From: Candidatus Omnitrophota bacterium
Lineage (GTDB): Bacteria > Omnitrophota > Gorgyraeia > Tantalellales > Tantalellaceae
Assembly: GCA_028715965.1 (NCBI GenBank)
Contig: JAQUQS010000001.1
Span: 1,259-65,258 of the forward strand
Direction: 5' to 3'
Length of the DNA stretch: 64,000 nucleotides
In this document: in pieces, positions 1-10,125 of the stretch
Layout: every line of letters starts with the position of its first letter
Numbering within the stretch: position 1 is the first letter of the stretch
Notes under the pieces: generated by a model
Seen by the model: only the letters and a program-made list of their open reading frames with translations
Databases searched by the model: none
Told to the model about the DNA's origin: nothing
Made by a program: the position numbers and the translations under genes

Positions 1-1194
1 GCAAATATCCTTAACTTTGGGATGTGATCCCTTCCTCACTTTCGCCGGAAGGTCCTTATCGATCGCCAGTTTGAACTGGGTATCCCAGTCCCTTTTCGCC
101 CGGGCCATAGAGATATCCCGGTCCCTCTTTATCGCCGATGGCAATCCTTTGACTATGTCGGCGGCATGCGCAGCTATACGCGAAGCGATAACACCCTGCC
201 TTACGTCCTCAATGCCGGGAAGCCTCAGATGTTCCGCCGGGGTCACGTAACAGAGGAAGTCAGCTCCATGCCATGCCGCTAATGCCCCTCCTATAGCTCC
301 GACTATATGGTCGTATCCCGGCGCCGCGTCCGTAACAAGCGGACCTAACACATAAAAAGGCGCGCCGTGGCAGATGGTCTTTTGTAGTTTGACGTTCGCT
401 TCTATCTGGTCCATGGCCACATGTCCCGGCCCTTCTATCATGACCTGGACACCCCGCTCGAAAGCCTGTTTCTGCTGGTCCCCCAGGACCAACAATTCGT
501 GTATCTGCAATCTATCCGTAGCGTCAGCGATCGCCCCCGGCCTAAGGCTATCACCCAGGCTCAATGTCACGTTATGCTTCCGGGCGATCTTGATAACATC
601 GTCGAATCTCGACCGAAAAGGATTCTCGCGCCTATTGGTCTTCATCCAGGACGCTATCATAGCGCCACCGCGACTCACTATGTTCAATATACGTGACTTA
701 GGGGAAATATGTCCGATGGCCTCGTACGTTATCCCGGAATGTATCGTGAAGAAATCCACACCTTCAGAAGCCTGTTTTTCCAGTATCTCGATAAAATCGT
801 CCTCTTTAAGGGAGAGGAATTTTTTATTACCATCACAGGCCAACTCATATACCGGGACGGTCCCCAGAGGCAGCGGGCACTCAGCCAATATCTTTTTCCT
901 GAGCTTTCCCAGTAAGGGGCCAAGGGACAGGTCCATAAGGGCATCCGCGCCTGCCTGGACGGCGGCCTCCATCTTCTTCATCTCTTCGTTTATGCCGGAA
1001 TACCCAGGCGACATGCCTATGTTAGCGTTGACCTTGGTCCGCAGGCCCTTACCAATAGCGCATGGCCTGGACATATCCCTGTTATTGTTGGCCGGCGCTA
1101 CGATAATACCGGAACTTATCCCCTGTTCTATATGGCTGGACGGGACATCCTCCGAACCAGAACATTTTCTGACAATATCGCGTTTTATTTTCAT
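1..1194 (-). CDS. thiC: phosphomethylpyrimidine synthase ThiC; N-terminal ~398 aa, C-terminus lies beyond the window start
   Basis: Hand translation of the minus strand starting at ATG 1194 gives MKIKRDIV...GPGHVAMDQIEANVKLQKTICHGAPFYVLGPLVTDAAPGYDHI...GIEDVRQG, which are typical ThiC core motifs. The frame stays open to position 1. It is absent from the ORF track because the stop codon is outside the window. Confidence 0.85.
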   Translation of the reverse strand, partial: MKIKRDIVRKCSGSEDVPSSHIEQGISSGIIVAPANNNRDMSRPCAIGKGLRTKVNANIGMSPGYSGINEEMKKMEAAVQAGADALMDLSLGPLLGKLRKKILAECPLPLGTVPVYELACDGNKKFLSLKEDDFIEILEKQASEGVDFFTIHSGITYEAIGHISPKSRILNIVSRGGAMIASWMKTNRRENPFRSRFDDVIKIARKHNVTLSLGDSLRPGAIADATDRLQIHELLVLGDQQKQAFERGVQVMIEGPGHVAMDQIEANVKLQKTICHGAPFYVLGPLVTDAAPGYDHIVGAIGGALAAWHGADFLCYVTPAEHLRLPGIEDVRQGVIASRIAAHAADIVKGLPSAIKRDRDISMARAKRDWDTQFKLAIDKDLPAKVRKGSHPKVKDIC

Positions 1195-1235
1195 TCTGCT
1201 GTGTCCATTCCCGGCCGTAAGGCCGGCGCGCGCTG

Positions 1236-1682
1236 TTATTTACCTTTTATCATCTCTATGCCCTTAACCGCGGCTTTTTCGATCTCGTAAAGTTTGAAAC
1301 GGAACTTCTTGAATTTCTGCGACAATTCCTGGTCAAAGAGCTTAAGCACTTCTTCCAGCACCCTGAGTGACTCTTTTCCCCTCTGGGTATTGGCCAGGAA
1401 TAAGTCGACCAGATTCTCCCTTATTTTCTCCGACTCGCTGGACCTTATCCCGACATCATTCAAGTTCCTGGAGGACACCAGCTCTTCCAGGTGCTCTTTC
1501 CTCAGGTCCTTTATGGCATTGAAGACATCATGCCTGAGATCCTTCAATTTACGCGTAAGTGTTTCATTATCCGAAGAGAACCTCAGTATATCCTCGCACA
1601 CCCTGATCCCTTCGGTCACCCGATTAAGGTTCGCGTCGATTATACGATAGACCCCTTTATCTATTTTCTTGTCCCCGGCCAT
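1236..1682 (-). CDS. hypothetical protein, 148 aa, charged and helical; function unknown
   Basis: Complete ORF packed between the rfaE-like gene (3-nt gap) and thiC (41-nt gap). I recognise no family motif (N-terminal YRIIDANLNRVTEGIRV). Confidence 0.45.
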   Translation of the reverse strand: MAGDKKIDKGVYRIIDANLNRVTEGIRVCEDILRFSSDNETLTRKLKDLRHDVFNAIKDLRKEHLEELVSSRNLNDVGIRSSESEKIRENLVDLFLANTQRGKESLRVLEEVLKLFDQELSQKFKKFRFKLYEIEKAAVKGIEMIKGK

Positions 1683-1685
1683 TAC

Positions 1686-2168
1686 TTACCTTTCTCCTTT
1701 GATATCCTTGATCATACGCGTAGTGGAAAATCCTTCCAAGTATGGTATGACCCTTACCATGCCGCCATTCTTTTTCACGAACTCGCCTCCAACGATATCA
1801 TTTTCTTTCCAGTCCCCGCCCTTAAAAATGATATCCGGAACAATGTACTTTATAATATCTTCCGGCGTATCTTCCCCGAATGATGTTACCAGGTCAACAG
1901 CTTCAAGCGCCGCCAGCATTTCCATGCGCGCGTCACAGGGGTTCACGGGCCTGTCGGGCCCCTTTATCCTTTTCACGGAATTGTCGGTATTTACGGCCAC
2001 AATAAGCCTGTCACAATACCCTTTAGCTTCGGCAAGATACCTCGCGTGCCCCCGGTGCAAGATGTCAAAACACCCGTTCGTGAACCCGACCTTACTACCG
2101 GAAGCCTTTAAAGATATGACCTCCCGCTTCAGTTCTTCTTTTTCTCTGATCTTATCGGTGTACATCAC
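1686..2168 (-). CDS. D-glycero-beta-D-manno-heptose 1-phosphate adenylyltransferase (RfaE/HldE domain II-like cytidylyltransferase)
   Basis: Motif GCFDILHRGHARYL...LIVAVNTDNSVKRIKGPDRPV...KGGDW matches the HldE C-terminal domain. It is adjacent to gmhA. Confidence 0.8.
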   Translation of the reverse strand: MMYTDKIREKEELKREVISLKASGSKVGFTNGCFDILHRGHARYLAEAKGYCDRLIVAVNTDNSVKRIKGPDRPVNPCDARMEMLAALEAVDLVTSFGEDTPEDIIKYIVPDIIFKGGDWKENDIVGGEFVKKNGGMVRVIPYLEGFSTTRMIKDIKGER

Positions 2169-2742
2169 CAGCCATCTCTTCCACTATCTTGCATATTATA
2201 TGGATAACGGCGGAGTGCACTTCCTGTATCCGGCCGGTAACCCTGGACGGCACTACTATAGGCATATCACACATCCCGGCAAGCTCTCCACCCGTACCGC
2301 CCGTAAGAGCTATGGTCACCATTTTCCTGTTCTTTGCGGAACGGACTGCTTCGATAATATTAGGCGACTTACCACTTGTTGATATCGCCACAGCCACATC
2401 CCCTTCTTCCCCGAACGCCTCTATCTGCCTGCTGAATATCCTTGAAAAGTCGTAATCATTGCCTGTAGCAGTTATGGCCGAACAATCCGATGCCAGGCAG
2501 ATACAGGGCAATGCCCTTCTTTCCTTTTCGAACCGCACCACAAGTTCCGCGGCCATATGCTGGCTGTCCGCTGCGCTGCCGCCATTGCCGAACACGACCA
2601 CTTTCCTGCCATGATCATACGCTTCTGCTATGGCTTCGGCCGCCCGCGCCACTATGGAGACATTCTTGTCGGAGGACAGGAATTTTTCCTTGGCGTCAAT
2701 ACTTTCCCTGAGGATATCCCTCACAAGGCTTTTAGCGTCCAT
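2152..2742 (-). CDS. gmhA: D-sedoheptulose 7-phosphate isomerase (SIS domain)
   Basis: VVVFGNGGSAADSQHMAAELV...AISTSGKSPNIIEAV is the canonical GmhA/SIS signature. Confidence 0.85.
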   Translation of the reverse strand: MDAKSLVRDILRESIDAKEKFLSSDKNVSIVARAAEAIAEAYDHGRKVVVFGNGGSAADSQHMAAELVVRFEKERRALPCICLASDCSAITATGNDYDFSRIFSRQIEAFGEEGDVAVAISTSGKSPNIIEAVRSAKNRKMVTIALTGGTGGELAGMCDMPIVVPSRVTGRIQEVHSAVIHIICKIVEEMAGDVHR

Positions 2743-2757
2743 TACGGCCTCTTCTTT

Positions 2758-3351
2758 CTACCTGGATTCCCTGTACGGTATCTCTGGCTCACCACTTTCC
2801 AGCGGTTCGGCCGCGCGTTCAGCCTTCATGATCTTTTTCACATGCATTTTAATGTTGATCTTTTCTTCGATCCCAAGCATGTTCTTGACGCTGCTTTTCA
2901 CGGCCATCTGCACACGTTCTGTAATATCCGGTATATTTGCCGCCGAGGCCATGGATACGGACATAATTATATCGATGCCTTTCCTGTTTATGTCCACCCT
3001 TGCCCCGACCTCTTTAATGTCCGGCACATTCCTCGTCACCTTAAGGATATAATCCTCGATGGCCGCCAATGAGACTGTCACCTCGCCGTCCGCGTTCTGG
3101 AAGGACACTATCCTGTTCTTCCTTATCTTCTTTGACAACCTGTACGGCGCCATTATCCCTATTACCACAAAGATCGCGCCGACCGATGCCGCGCCAACCT
3201 GATAATTGATGTCGCCCTTTATGAGAGATGCCACATCTGTTACCATTTCGGGGGTCAAAAGACCCAAAGAAAGCGCTATTATCGACGCTCCAACGGTCAC
3301 CATCGCTATCAGATACAACAATACGAGTATTTTCCTGATAAATACCATCAC
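2758..3351 (-). CDS. Asp23/Gls24-family membrane-anchored protein (AmaP-like, alkaline shock membrane anchor)
   Basis: Two N-terminal transmembrane helices followed by an Asp23-like domain (DGEVTVSLAAIEDYI...VGARVDINRKGIDIIMSV...). Confidence 0.5.
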   Translation of the reverse strand: MMVFIRKILVLLYLIAMVTVGASIIALSLGLLTPEMVTDVASLIKGDINYQVGAASVGAIFVVIGIMAPYRLSKKIRKNRIVSFQNADGEVTVSLAAIEDYILKVTRNVPDIKEVGARVDINRKGIDIIMSVSMASAANIPDITERVQMAVKSSVKNMLGIEEKINIKMHVKKIMKAERAAEPLESGEPEIPYRESR

Positions 3352-3409
3352 GCCCTCCTTATTAGACCATAAAATTGGCTATACCGGCCGCGCGGAACTT
3401 ATCTTCCGG

Positions 3410-4756
3410 CTAATCTTTCTTCGGAAAGAATTTTTCCACAAAATGTGTCGAAAACTTACCTTTTTGAAAGTCAGGGTTGAGTAGAACTTTCTTATGGAAC
3501 TCTACAGTGGTCTTGATAGGCGCCACAAGGAACTCGTCCAAGGCCCGTTGCATCGTCTTTATGGCCTGCTCCCTGTCCTTACCATAAGTAATGAGCTTGG
3601 CCATCATAGAATCGTAAAATGGGGGTATCTCATACCCGGAATACACATGGGTATCTACCCTGACACCCGGTCCGCCGGGTATACTGAGAGCCTCTATCTT
3701 TCCCGGGGACGGCCGGAAATCCGCGTCCGGATCCTCGGCATTTATCCGGCACTCCAGCGCCCATCCTTTTATTTTTATATCTTCCTGCTTACAGCTTAAC
3801 TTATGCCCCATCGCCACCCGGATCTGTTCCTTGATAAGGTCCAGCCCGGTGACCATTTCCGTGACCGGATGCTCCACCTGTATACGGGTGTTCATCTCCA
3901 TGAAGTAGAAATCGTCCCCGTCAACAAGGAACTCGACCGTACCGGCACCACGGTATCCGACCGCCTGTGCGGCCTTAACGGCTATCCCCCCCATCTTTTT
4001 GCGCATAGCCGCGCTAAGATAGGGAGAAGGCGCCTCTTCTATAAGTTTCTGGTGCCTTCTTTGTATAGTACAATCCCTTTCTCCGAGATGCACCACATTG
4101 CCTCTCTCATCAGCCATTATCTGGAACTCTATATGCCGCGGAGCCCCTATGTATTTTTCCATATACACGGCCGGATTCCCGAAAGCCGCTTCAGCTTCCG
4201 CTTTCGCCGTCAGGAAAGCGCTCACAAGGCTCACATCGTTATGGCAGATCCTCATTCCCTTACCGCCGCCGCCTGCCGAGGCCTTTATTATCACCGGGTA
4301 CCCTATTTTCTTCGCCTCTCGTAACGCGTCTTCTTTTGTGTTGATAAGTCCTTCGCTGCCCGGAGTTACCGGTACCCCAGCATTTTTCATCGTGGTCTTT
4401 GCCGTCATTTTATCCCCCATGAGCCGCATGTTCTCGGGGGACGGACCAATGAACTTGATCTTACAGGATTCGCATATTTCCGCGAAGTGAGCGTTCTCCG
4501 CCAGGAACCCATATCCCGGGTGTATCGCCTCAACATCCGTTATTTCGGCGGCGCTTATTATAGCCGGTATGTTAAGATAACTGTTCGAAGGCTGTGCCTT
4601 GCCAATGCAGACCGCCTCGTCGGCAAAACGCACGTGTAAAGAATTACTGTCGGCCTGGGAATAGACAGCAACTGTCCTTATGCCCATTTCCTTGCAGGCC
4701 CTTATTATGCGCAGGGCTATTTCCCCGCGATTTGCTATGAGTATTTTTGAAAACAT
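3410..4756 (-). CDS. accC: acetyl-CoA carboxylase biotin carboxylase subunit
   Basis: [26 protein letters not shown]...[14 protein letters not shown] gives a full-length ATP-grasp biotin carboxylase. Confidence 0.95.
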   Translation of the reverse strand: MFSKILIANRGEIALRIIRACKEMGIRTVAVYSQADSNSLHVRFADEAVCIGKAQPSNSYLNIPAIISAAEITDVEAIHPGYGFLAENAHFAEICESCKIKFIGPSPENMRLMGDKMTAKTTMKNAGVPVTPGSEGLINTKEDALREAKKIGYPVIIKASAGGGGKGMRICHNDVSLVSAFLTAKAEAEAAFGNPAVYMEKYIGAPRHIEFQIMADERGNVVHLGERDCTIQRRHQKLIEEAPSPYLSAAMRKKMGGIAVKAAQAVGYRGAGTVEFLVDGDDFYFMEMNTRIQVEHPVTEMVTGLDLIKEQIRVAMGHKLSCKQEDIKIKGWALECRINAEDPDADFRPSPGKIEALSIPGGPGVRVDTHVYSGYEIPPFYDSMMAKLITYGKDREQAIKTMQRALDEFLVAPIKTTVEFHKKVLLNPDFQKGKFSTHFVEKFFPKKD

Positions 4757-4762
4757 GATCCT

Positions 4763-5212
4763 TTAAATGGGTTCGGCCAGGAACATGACCTGTCCAAATT
4801 CAAGCGGTTCCGCGTTCTCGGCCTTTATATCGACGATCCTGCAGGCAAACTCTGCCTTCACTTCGTTCATTAACTTCATGGCTTCCACTATACAAAGGAC
4901 ATCGCCTTTCTGCACAACATCCCCGACCTGCACATAAGGATCGGCATCGGGCGACGAAGCACGATAAAATGTCCCCACCATGGGCGCTTTGATCTCCTTA
5001 TAGTTCTTGCCCAGACCCGCGGCCTCGGCGGCAGGCGCTTGCTGTCCTGCCATCCCATGTGACGCGACAACGGGGGCGGCAATGACCTGTTCGACAACAC
5101 CCTGCGCCTTTTTGGACAACTTTATCCTTACCCCCTCCTCCTCTATCTCCACATCGGTAAGGCCGTTCTCATTCATCAAGCCGATAAGTTCTTTGATCCT
5201 TTTAATGTTCAT
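4763..5212 (-). CDS. accB: acetyl-CoA carboxylase biotin carboxyl carrier protein
   Basis: C-terminal biotinyl motif [15 protein letters not shown]. The ORF track extends to 5293; [11 protein letters not shown] at 5212 is the likelier start. Confidence 0.9.
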   Translation of the reverse strand: MNIKRIKELIGLMNENGLTDVEIEEEGVRIKLSKKAQGVVEQVIAAPVVASHGMAGQQAPAAEAAGLGKNYKEIKAPMVGTFYRASSPDADPYVQVGDVVQKGDVLCIVEAMKLMNEVKAEFACRIVDIKAENAEPLEFGQVMFLAEPI

Positions 5213-5289
5213 CGAACTCCCCTTTTTTATTAGACAGCACCTTTTACCGCGGAGGGTATGCCCGGGATCCCCCACATCCCAACCGGACC

Positions 5290-5847
5290 TCAAGCTCTTT
5301 CTATATATTCCCCCGTACGGGTATCAACCTTTACTCGCTCATGTGGCCCCACAAAAAGAGGCACTTTCACCACTCGTCCCGTTTCTAGGGTCGCGGGCTT
5401 TGTCGCCCCTGAGACCGTGTTACCCTTGAAACCCGGTTCTGTCTCGATTATTTCCAGCACAACATGTATCGGCGGATCCACGGACATTATCTGCCCATCG
5501 AATATCTTCGCCGTAACCGTCATATTCTCTTTAAGAAAATCCTTTTTATCCCCGATCTTATCCTCGGATAGATGTACCTGCTCAAAAGTCTCATCATCCA
5601 TGAAACAATACCCCAGGTCATCCCTGTAAAGATACTGCATACTTTTCTGTTCAATGAACGCCTGCTCAAAAGTATCATCCGGCCTCAGGGTCTCGGAGAC
5701 GATGGCCCCCGTCGTAAGGTTACGTAACTTCGACCTTACGAACGCACCCCCCTTACCGGGTTTGTAATGCTGTGCTTCTACTACCTCATGGAGGGAATTG
5801 TTATACTCTATCACAGTTCCCGGCCTTAACTGTACCGCTCTTATCAT
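5290..5847 (-). CDS. efp: elongation factor P
   Basis: [44 protein letters not shown], 185 aa, with a KPGKG loop. Confidence 0.95.
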   Translation of the reverse strand: MIRAVQLRPGTVIEYNNSLHEVVEAQHYKPGKGGAFVRSKLRNLTTGAIVSETLRPDDTFEQAFIEQKSMQYLYRDDLGYCFMDDETFEQVHLSEDKIGDKKDFLKENMTVTAKIFDGQIMSVDPPIHVVLEIIETEPGFKGNTVSGATKPATLETGRVVKVPLFVGPHERVKVDTRTGEYIERA

Positions 5848-6926
5848 ACCGTTAACACCTCACACCCTTTCGAAGTGACCAGGACCATGTCCTCCTCGCG
5901 GACACCCGCAAGACCAGGACAATATAACCCCGGCTCTACCGTAACGACCATGCCTTCCATAAAAACGTCATTGCTTTGGCTTCCAAGATATGGTCTTTCA
6001 TGGACTTCAATACCTATTCCATGTCCCAGCCCATGGAGAGCATACTTTTTATATTTATAACCGGAAAATATTCCGGAAACGCCTTCAACTACAGAACTTA
6101 TCTTTACTCCCGGCCTTATCGAACTTATCGCCATATCATGCGCTTCATGTACGGCCCTCAAAAGGCCTTTAATTTTTCCGTTTATTCTACCTTTGTAAAA
6201 TGTTCTTGTCAAGTCAGAACAATATCCGTTATATAATATACCGAAATCTGCCAGAAGAAGCTTTCCTTCAGCAAAAGTAGCCGTCCCGGGGATAGCATGC
6301 GGATGGGCCGAATTGGGCCCTATAGCCACTATCGTCCGGAAAGAACTCTCGTATCCCAGGTCCCTCGTCCTCTTATCGATAAGAAAGGCTATATCGCTTT
6401 CCTTCATACCTTTTCTTACCTTTGCGCGCGCATACTCCCATATCCTGACGGTCTCCCTGGCGGCTTTTCGTATTATTCGCACCTCATCACGGCTCTTTAT
6501 CATCCGGATATCCATAAGGACCGATGCCGCGCTTCTACCCGAGATCGAACCGGAAAGGAACACGCCCCTGAGCTGTTTCTCTATATACTTGAACCGCGCT
6601 ACAGAAAGACTTTCCTCGTCGAACGCTATACGCTTTAAACCATTGTCCCCTGAATATGCAGCCAGATTCTCCGCTACCGGCCCCTTACACACGGATATGC
6701 CCTTTCCCTTGAGCTTGCTACTGGCAAGGGAAAAATTCATGCTATCCACAAAAAAGACTGGTCTTCCCCTTCGCGGGCACAAGAGCATGGAGCCGGACAC
6801 ATATAAACCGGCAATATATTCAATATCGTATCTGGCGGACAAAAGCAACGCGTCCATATTTCCGGCGCCACACGCGGCTTTTATCCCCTTCAGCGCGTAC
6901 CCCACGCGCAGGACATCATTTGCCAT
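5844..6926 (-). CDS. M24-family Xaa-Pro aminopeptidase / peptidase
   Basis: C-terminal pita-bread domain [17 protein letters not shown]. The conserved aroQ-pepP-efp-accBC gene order is retained. Confidence 0.8.
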   Translation of the reverse strand: MANDVLRVGYALKGIKAACGAGNMDALLLSARYDIEYIAGLYVSGSMLLCPRRGRPVFFVDSMNFSLASSKLKGKGISVCKGPVAENLAAYSGDNGLKRIAFDEESLSVARFKYIEKQLRGVFLSGSISGRSAASVLMDIRMIKSRDEVRIIRKAARETVRIWEYARAKVRKGMKESDIAFLIDKRTRDLGYESSFRTIVAIGPNSAHPHAIPGTATFAEGKLLLADFGILYNGYCSDLTRTFYKGRINGKIKGLLRAVHEAHDMAISSIRPGVKISSVVEGVSGIFSGYKYKKYALHGLGHGIGIEVHERPYLGSQSNDVFMEGMVVTVEPGLYCPGLAGVREEDMVLVTSKGCEVLTV

Positions 6927-7347
6927 CGATCAGCTCCCAGAGGCCCGCGAACCCCAGAAGATAACTGTTCTTCCCGAACCCGCTTATCTGCCCCTTCACC
7001 ACAGGCGCTACGAGAGACTTATGCCGGAACTCTTCCCGCGCGTATATGTTGGACATATGTACCTCGACCGATGGTATGTTCTTGGAACGCAACGCGTCAT
7101 GTATGGCCACACTGGTATGGGTATATGCGGCCGGGTTTATTAGTATGCCGTCCGCGTCGGTACTGTTTATCTTGTCGACTATATCCCCTTCGTGGTTGGA
7201 CTGGAAGAACTCCGCCACGCATCCCCTGGAATCCGCGAAATCCTTTATTGAGCTGTCTATCGTCTCGATCGTGTCACATCCATAGATATCGGTCTCCCGT
7301 TTCCCCAGCAGGTTGAGATTAGGACCGTGTATAACAAGTATCTTCAT
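6916..7347 (-). CDS. aroQ: type II 3-dehydroquinate dehydratase
   Basis: [23 protein letters not shown]...[15 protein letters not shown]. Confidence 0.9.
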   Translation of the reverse strand: MKILVIHGPNLNLLGKRETDIYGCDTIETIDSSIKDFADSRGCVAEFFQSNHEGDIVDKINSTDADGILINPAAYTHTSVAIHDALRSKNIPSVEVHMSNIYAREEFRHKSLVAPVVKGQISGFGKNSYLLGFAGLWELIDGK

Positions 7348-7348
7348 G

Positions 7349-8383
7349 TCATTCCTCCTTAAGCGAACTTGAGCACTCGATCGTTAAACCTTTCTCCAGT
7401 CCCGGATCCACTCGGTCGCCGGCTGTTTTCTTTATCCCGGACACGCCCCACAACAGGCATACAACCCCTCCAAGAACACTAATGGCCATAAGCCCTAAAA
7501 GCAGGAGCAAACTTACCGCGAAAGCCGTCTCCTTGCCCGTTATGGGAGAGAACAGCGCTACGATCGCGCCTTCCCTTACTCCAAGTCCTCCTACTGACGG
7601 TATCATGCTTATGAAAGTGACAACGGGCATTATAAGGAACAAATTCATGATATCCACTTTTGCCCCCAAAGCCGAGAAAAGGACATATACCACAAGAAAG
7701 TAAATGCTCTGGGATACGATCGATACCCCGAGGGCCTTGAGGACCACATCTACGCGATTGCGATAATCATGCACTATACAATAGACCGCGTTCAGTTTCT
7801 CTCCCAAACGCAGCATTTTTACCCCGGAAAAGAACCTCTGAAGCGCGAGCGCGATACGCCTGTTGGTCACGACAACAAAGCCCACGATCCCCAGAAATAT
7901 AAGGGTGAACACCAGGGGACGTATAAGGGAAAGCTCGATGTTCTTCTGGTTGAACGCGAGTGCCACTCCGGCAACGATGAAGAACGCGTAAAACCCGATT
8001 ATGCGGTCCATGAAAACGCTGGCATAGGTCCGGATCCTGTTCCTGTGAGCGTATGTGGCGTAATGCGCCTTGATTATATCCCCGCCTACCGCGGTCGGCA
8101 TGAAATTGTTGAAAAAATATCCTATAAGAGTAAGCTGCAAGGCCTCGGTCATGTTCAGCTTGAGGTCCTCCCCGAAAAAGATAAGCTTCAACCTGTAAGC
8201 CAGCATTACGATATTCATCGAAAAAAGGATCGCGGCCACTACAAGATATCCCACGGGACAGGATAATATTATCTTGTATATGCCCCTGATCTCGTCCCGC
8301 ATAAGCCAGAACAAAAGCCCCAACAGGCCGAAGCTCACGATAGTACGCAACAACGCGGAGATCTTCCCGGAAATTCCACTCAT
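7349..8383 (-). CDS. flippase-like / lysylphosphatidylglycerol-synthase-TM-domain family integral membrane protein
   Basis: Polytopic, about 8 transmembrane helices, with [12 protein letters not shown] and [11 protein letters not shown] motifs reminiscent of the UPF0104/TIGR00374 family. Confidence 0.6.
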   Translation of the reverse strand: MSGISGKISALLRTIVSFGLLGLLFWLMRDEIRGIYKIILSCPVGYLVVAAILFSMNIVMLAYRLKLIFFGEDLKLNMTEALQLTLIGYFFNNFMPTAVGGDIIKAHYATYAHRNRIRTYASVFMDRIIGFYAFFIVAGVALAFNQKNIELSLIRPLVFTLIFLGIVGFVVVTNRRIALALQRFFSGVKMLRLGEKLNAVYCIVHDYRNRVDVVLKALGVSIVSQSIYFLVVYVLFSALGAKVDIMNLFLIMPVVTFISMIPSVGGLGVREGAIVALFSPITGKETAFAVSLLLLLGLMAISVLGGVVCLLWGVSGIKKTAGDRVDPGLEKGLTIECSSSLKEE

Positions 8384-8420
8384 ATGGTCCAGCCAGGCCT
8401 TTTTATGATCGTTATGGCGT

Positions 8421-9239
8421 TCATAGCATGAAACTCAGTTTTAATTTCAGGCTCCTTATCACTTTTTCAGCGGCTATCTCGCCTTGTTTTATTATCTCGT
8501 CCGCTTTATCAAAATCGAACTGGTCCACTCCGTGGAGTTCCGGCTTAATAGCTATATCGGCTCCACGCGATTGATAGGCATTTAGTTCTTCTCCCATTAT
8601 CTGCACGGATTGTATCAAGGCCGTAATGACATTGTTCACCTTCTGGTTCTTGACCGCGAATCCCGGATTGACAGCCAGTACGAACTTCGCGCCGAACCCA
8701 TAAGCGGCTTTTGTAGGAATACTGTTCCTGACACCGCCGTCCACCAGAAGCCGCCCATCTATCTCCACCGCTGAAAATATACCCGGCCAGGAACAGCTGG
8801 CACGTATGAGCTTCACCAGGTCTCCCGACGTATGAACAAGCTCTTCTCCCGTCTCTATATCGGTGGTGGTAAGAGCGAAGGGTATCTTCATTTCGTTGAA
8901 ACTCTTGTTCTTCACCATGTCCACTATTATGCCCTCGAACTTGCTTCCCCGGATAAGACCCGTGGAAAAAACACCTATATCCACTATGTTCGGCCAGCTG
9001 AACTTAACGGCCTCTTTTTCCATTTCTTCCGGGGACATACCAAGACTGTACGCGGCACCTATCAGGCTCCCTATACTGGTACCGACTATCATATCGAAAG
9101 GCAGGCGGTCTTTTCCGAAGTTACGCTCAAGGGTCTTAAGCACCCCGATATTGGACAGACCTCGGGCGCCACCCCCACCGAGCGCTAATACTTTTTTTAC
9201 TTTTTTACCAAATCTACCAAAAATATCCATGGTCAACAT
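8421..9239 (-). CDS. patatin-like phospholipase
   Basis: Oxyanion hole GGGGARG and nucleophile elbow GTSIGS (GxSxG), plus a C-terminal DGG. Confidence 0.85.
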   Translation of the reverse strand: MLTMDIFGRFGKKVKKVLALGGGGARGLSNIGVLKTLERNFGKDRLPFDMIVGTSIGSLIGAAYSLGMSPEEMEKEAVKFSWPNIVDIGVFSTGLIRGSKFEGIIVDMVKNKSFNEMKIPFALTTTDIETGEELVHTSGDLVKLIRASCSWPGIFSAVEIDGRLLVDGGVRNSIPTKAAYGFGAKFVLAVNPGFAVKNQKVNNVITALIQSVQIMGEELNAYQSRGADIAIKPELHGVDQFDFDKADEIIKQGEIAAEKVIRSLKLKLSFML

Positions 9240-10033
9240 ACTACCAATCCGGCATAACCCACAACATGCGACGTATCGCCATTAACACTGCCGCTGTCAT
9301 CGTACTCGATAAGTTCAGCAGCACGGGCCCCAAGTTCTTTCGCTGATACCAACATCACGGCCACCGGCACAACACCACACATGCTGATATTATGTTCCTC
9401 CACCACCTCAAGTAGGCCTTCCGCGTCCAGCTCAAGTATCCGTCCTATAGCTTCTTTGTCCTTTTTCGACGCGGACGCCCTGCTCTCATAATGCGTCATA
9501 TCGCTACTTGCCACGATAAGCGCTTTGCCCCCGGAGGCCTTTATGGCCGAAGCTATGGCCTCCCCGGCCATCCTCACCTCACGAATACCCACGGACATGA
9601 ACGTTATCGGCACTATCTTCGCCTCAGGCGATATACTTTTAATGAACGGTAAGTGCACCTCAACAGCATGTTCTTGAGCATGCGCTTTCCTGTCTATCTT
9701 TATCCCGGAACGGCCTTTTGTTAGAGCGCGTATGAGATCCTTGTCGACCTCTACCGTTCCCAGCGGGGTCTCCCAATCTTCGTCCGAACAGGCGACCGCC
9801 TCGCCTCGCCCCGTATGATTGGGACCCAGGACCACATACGTTCTTGCGGGCCTGATCGCGCCATATACCTTTCCGGCTATGCCCCCGGAATATACGTATC
9901 CGGCATGTGGGGCTACAATACCTATCGCATTACGCGCCTCTTTTTTCACGGAGATAAGAGCTTTTATTTCACGTGAAAGATCTTCAGTATCGGAAGGATA
10001 AAAACATCCCTCTACCACAGGTCTCCTGGCCAT
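9233..10033 (-). CDS. MEMO1-family protein (AmmeMemoRadiSam system protein B-like)
   Basis: CFYPSD...VAPHAGYVYSG...GPNHTG...MTHYES motifs of the MEMO1/extradiol-dioxygenase-class-III-like fold. Confidence 0.8.
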   Translation of the reverse strand: MARRPVVEGCFYPSDTEDLSREIKALISVKKEARNAIGIVAPHAGYVYSGGIAGKVYGAIRPARTYVVLGPNHTGRGEAVACSDEDWETPLGTVEVDKDLIRALTKGRSGIKIDRKAHAQEHAVEVHLPFIKSISPEAKIVPITFMSVGIREVRMAGEAIASAIKASGGKALIVASSDMTHYESRASASKKDKEAIGRILELDAEGLLEVVEEHNISMCGVVPVAVMLVSAKELGARAAELIEYDDSGSVNGDTSHVVGYAGLVVC

Positions 10034-10125
10034 ATTCCCCCTTACTGCCGGATATCCCGACTGACCGGTATATTATTATAAAATAAAGGGAAGGTAAGGT
10101 AAAGAAAAACCGAAAAAGGACTTTC

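Noticed and set aside
1211-1226. Small CCGGCC-GTAA-GGCCGG palindrome 20 nt before the thiC start
   Set aside because: A 6-bp stem without a U-tract is too weak for a terminator, and it is not obviously a regulatory element.
1195-1235. Possible TPP riboswitch upstream of thiC
   Set aside because: Only 41 nt separate thiC from the upstream ORF, and only 3 nt lie upstream of that ORF. Neither gap can hold a ~100-nt THI element. I found no CTGAGA…ACCTGATCTGGATAATGCCAGCG-like core on the minus strand.
10034-10125. Terminator between the M16 peptidase and the MEMO1-like gene
   Set aside because: No stable stem. Only an A/T-rich run and a good RBS (aagggggaat) for the downstream gene.
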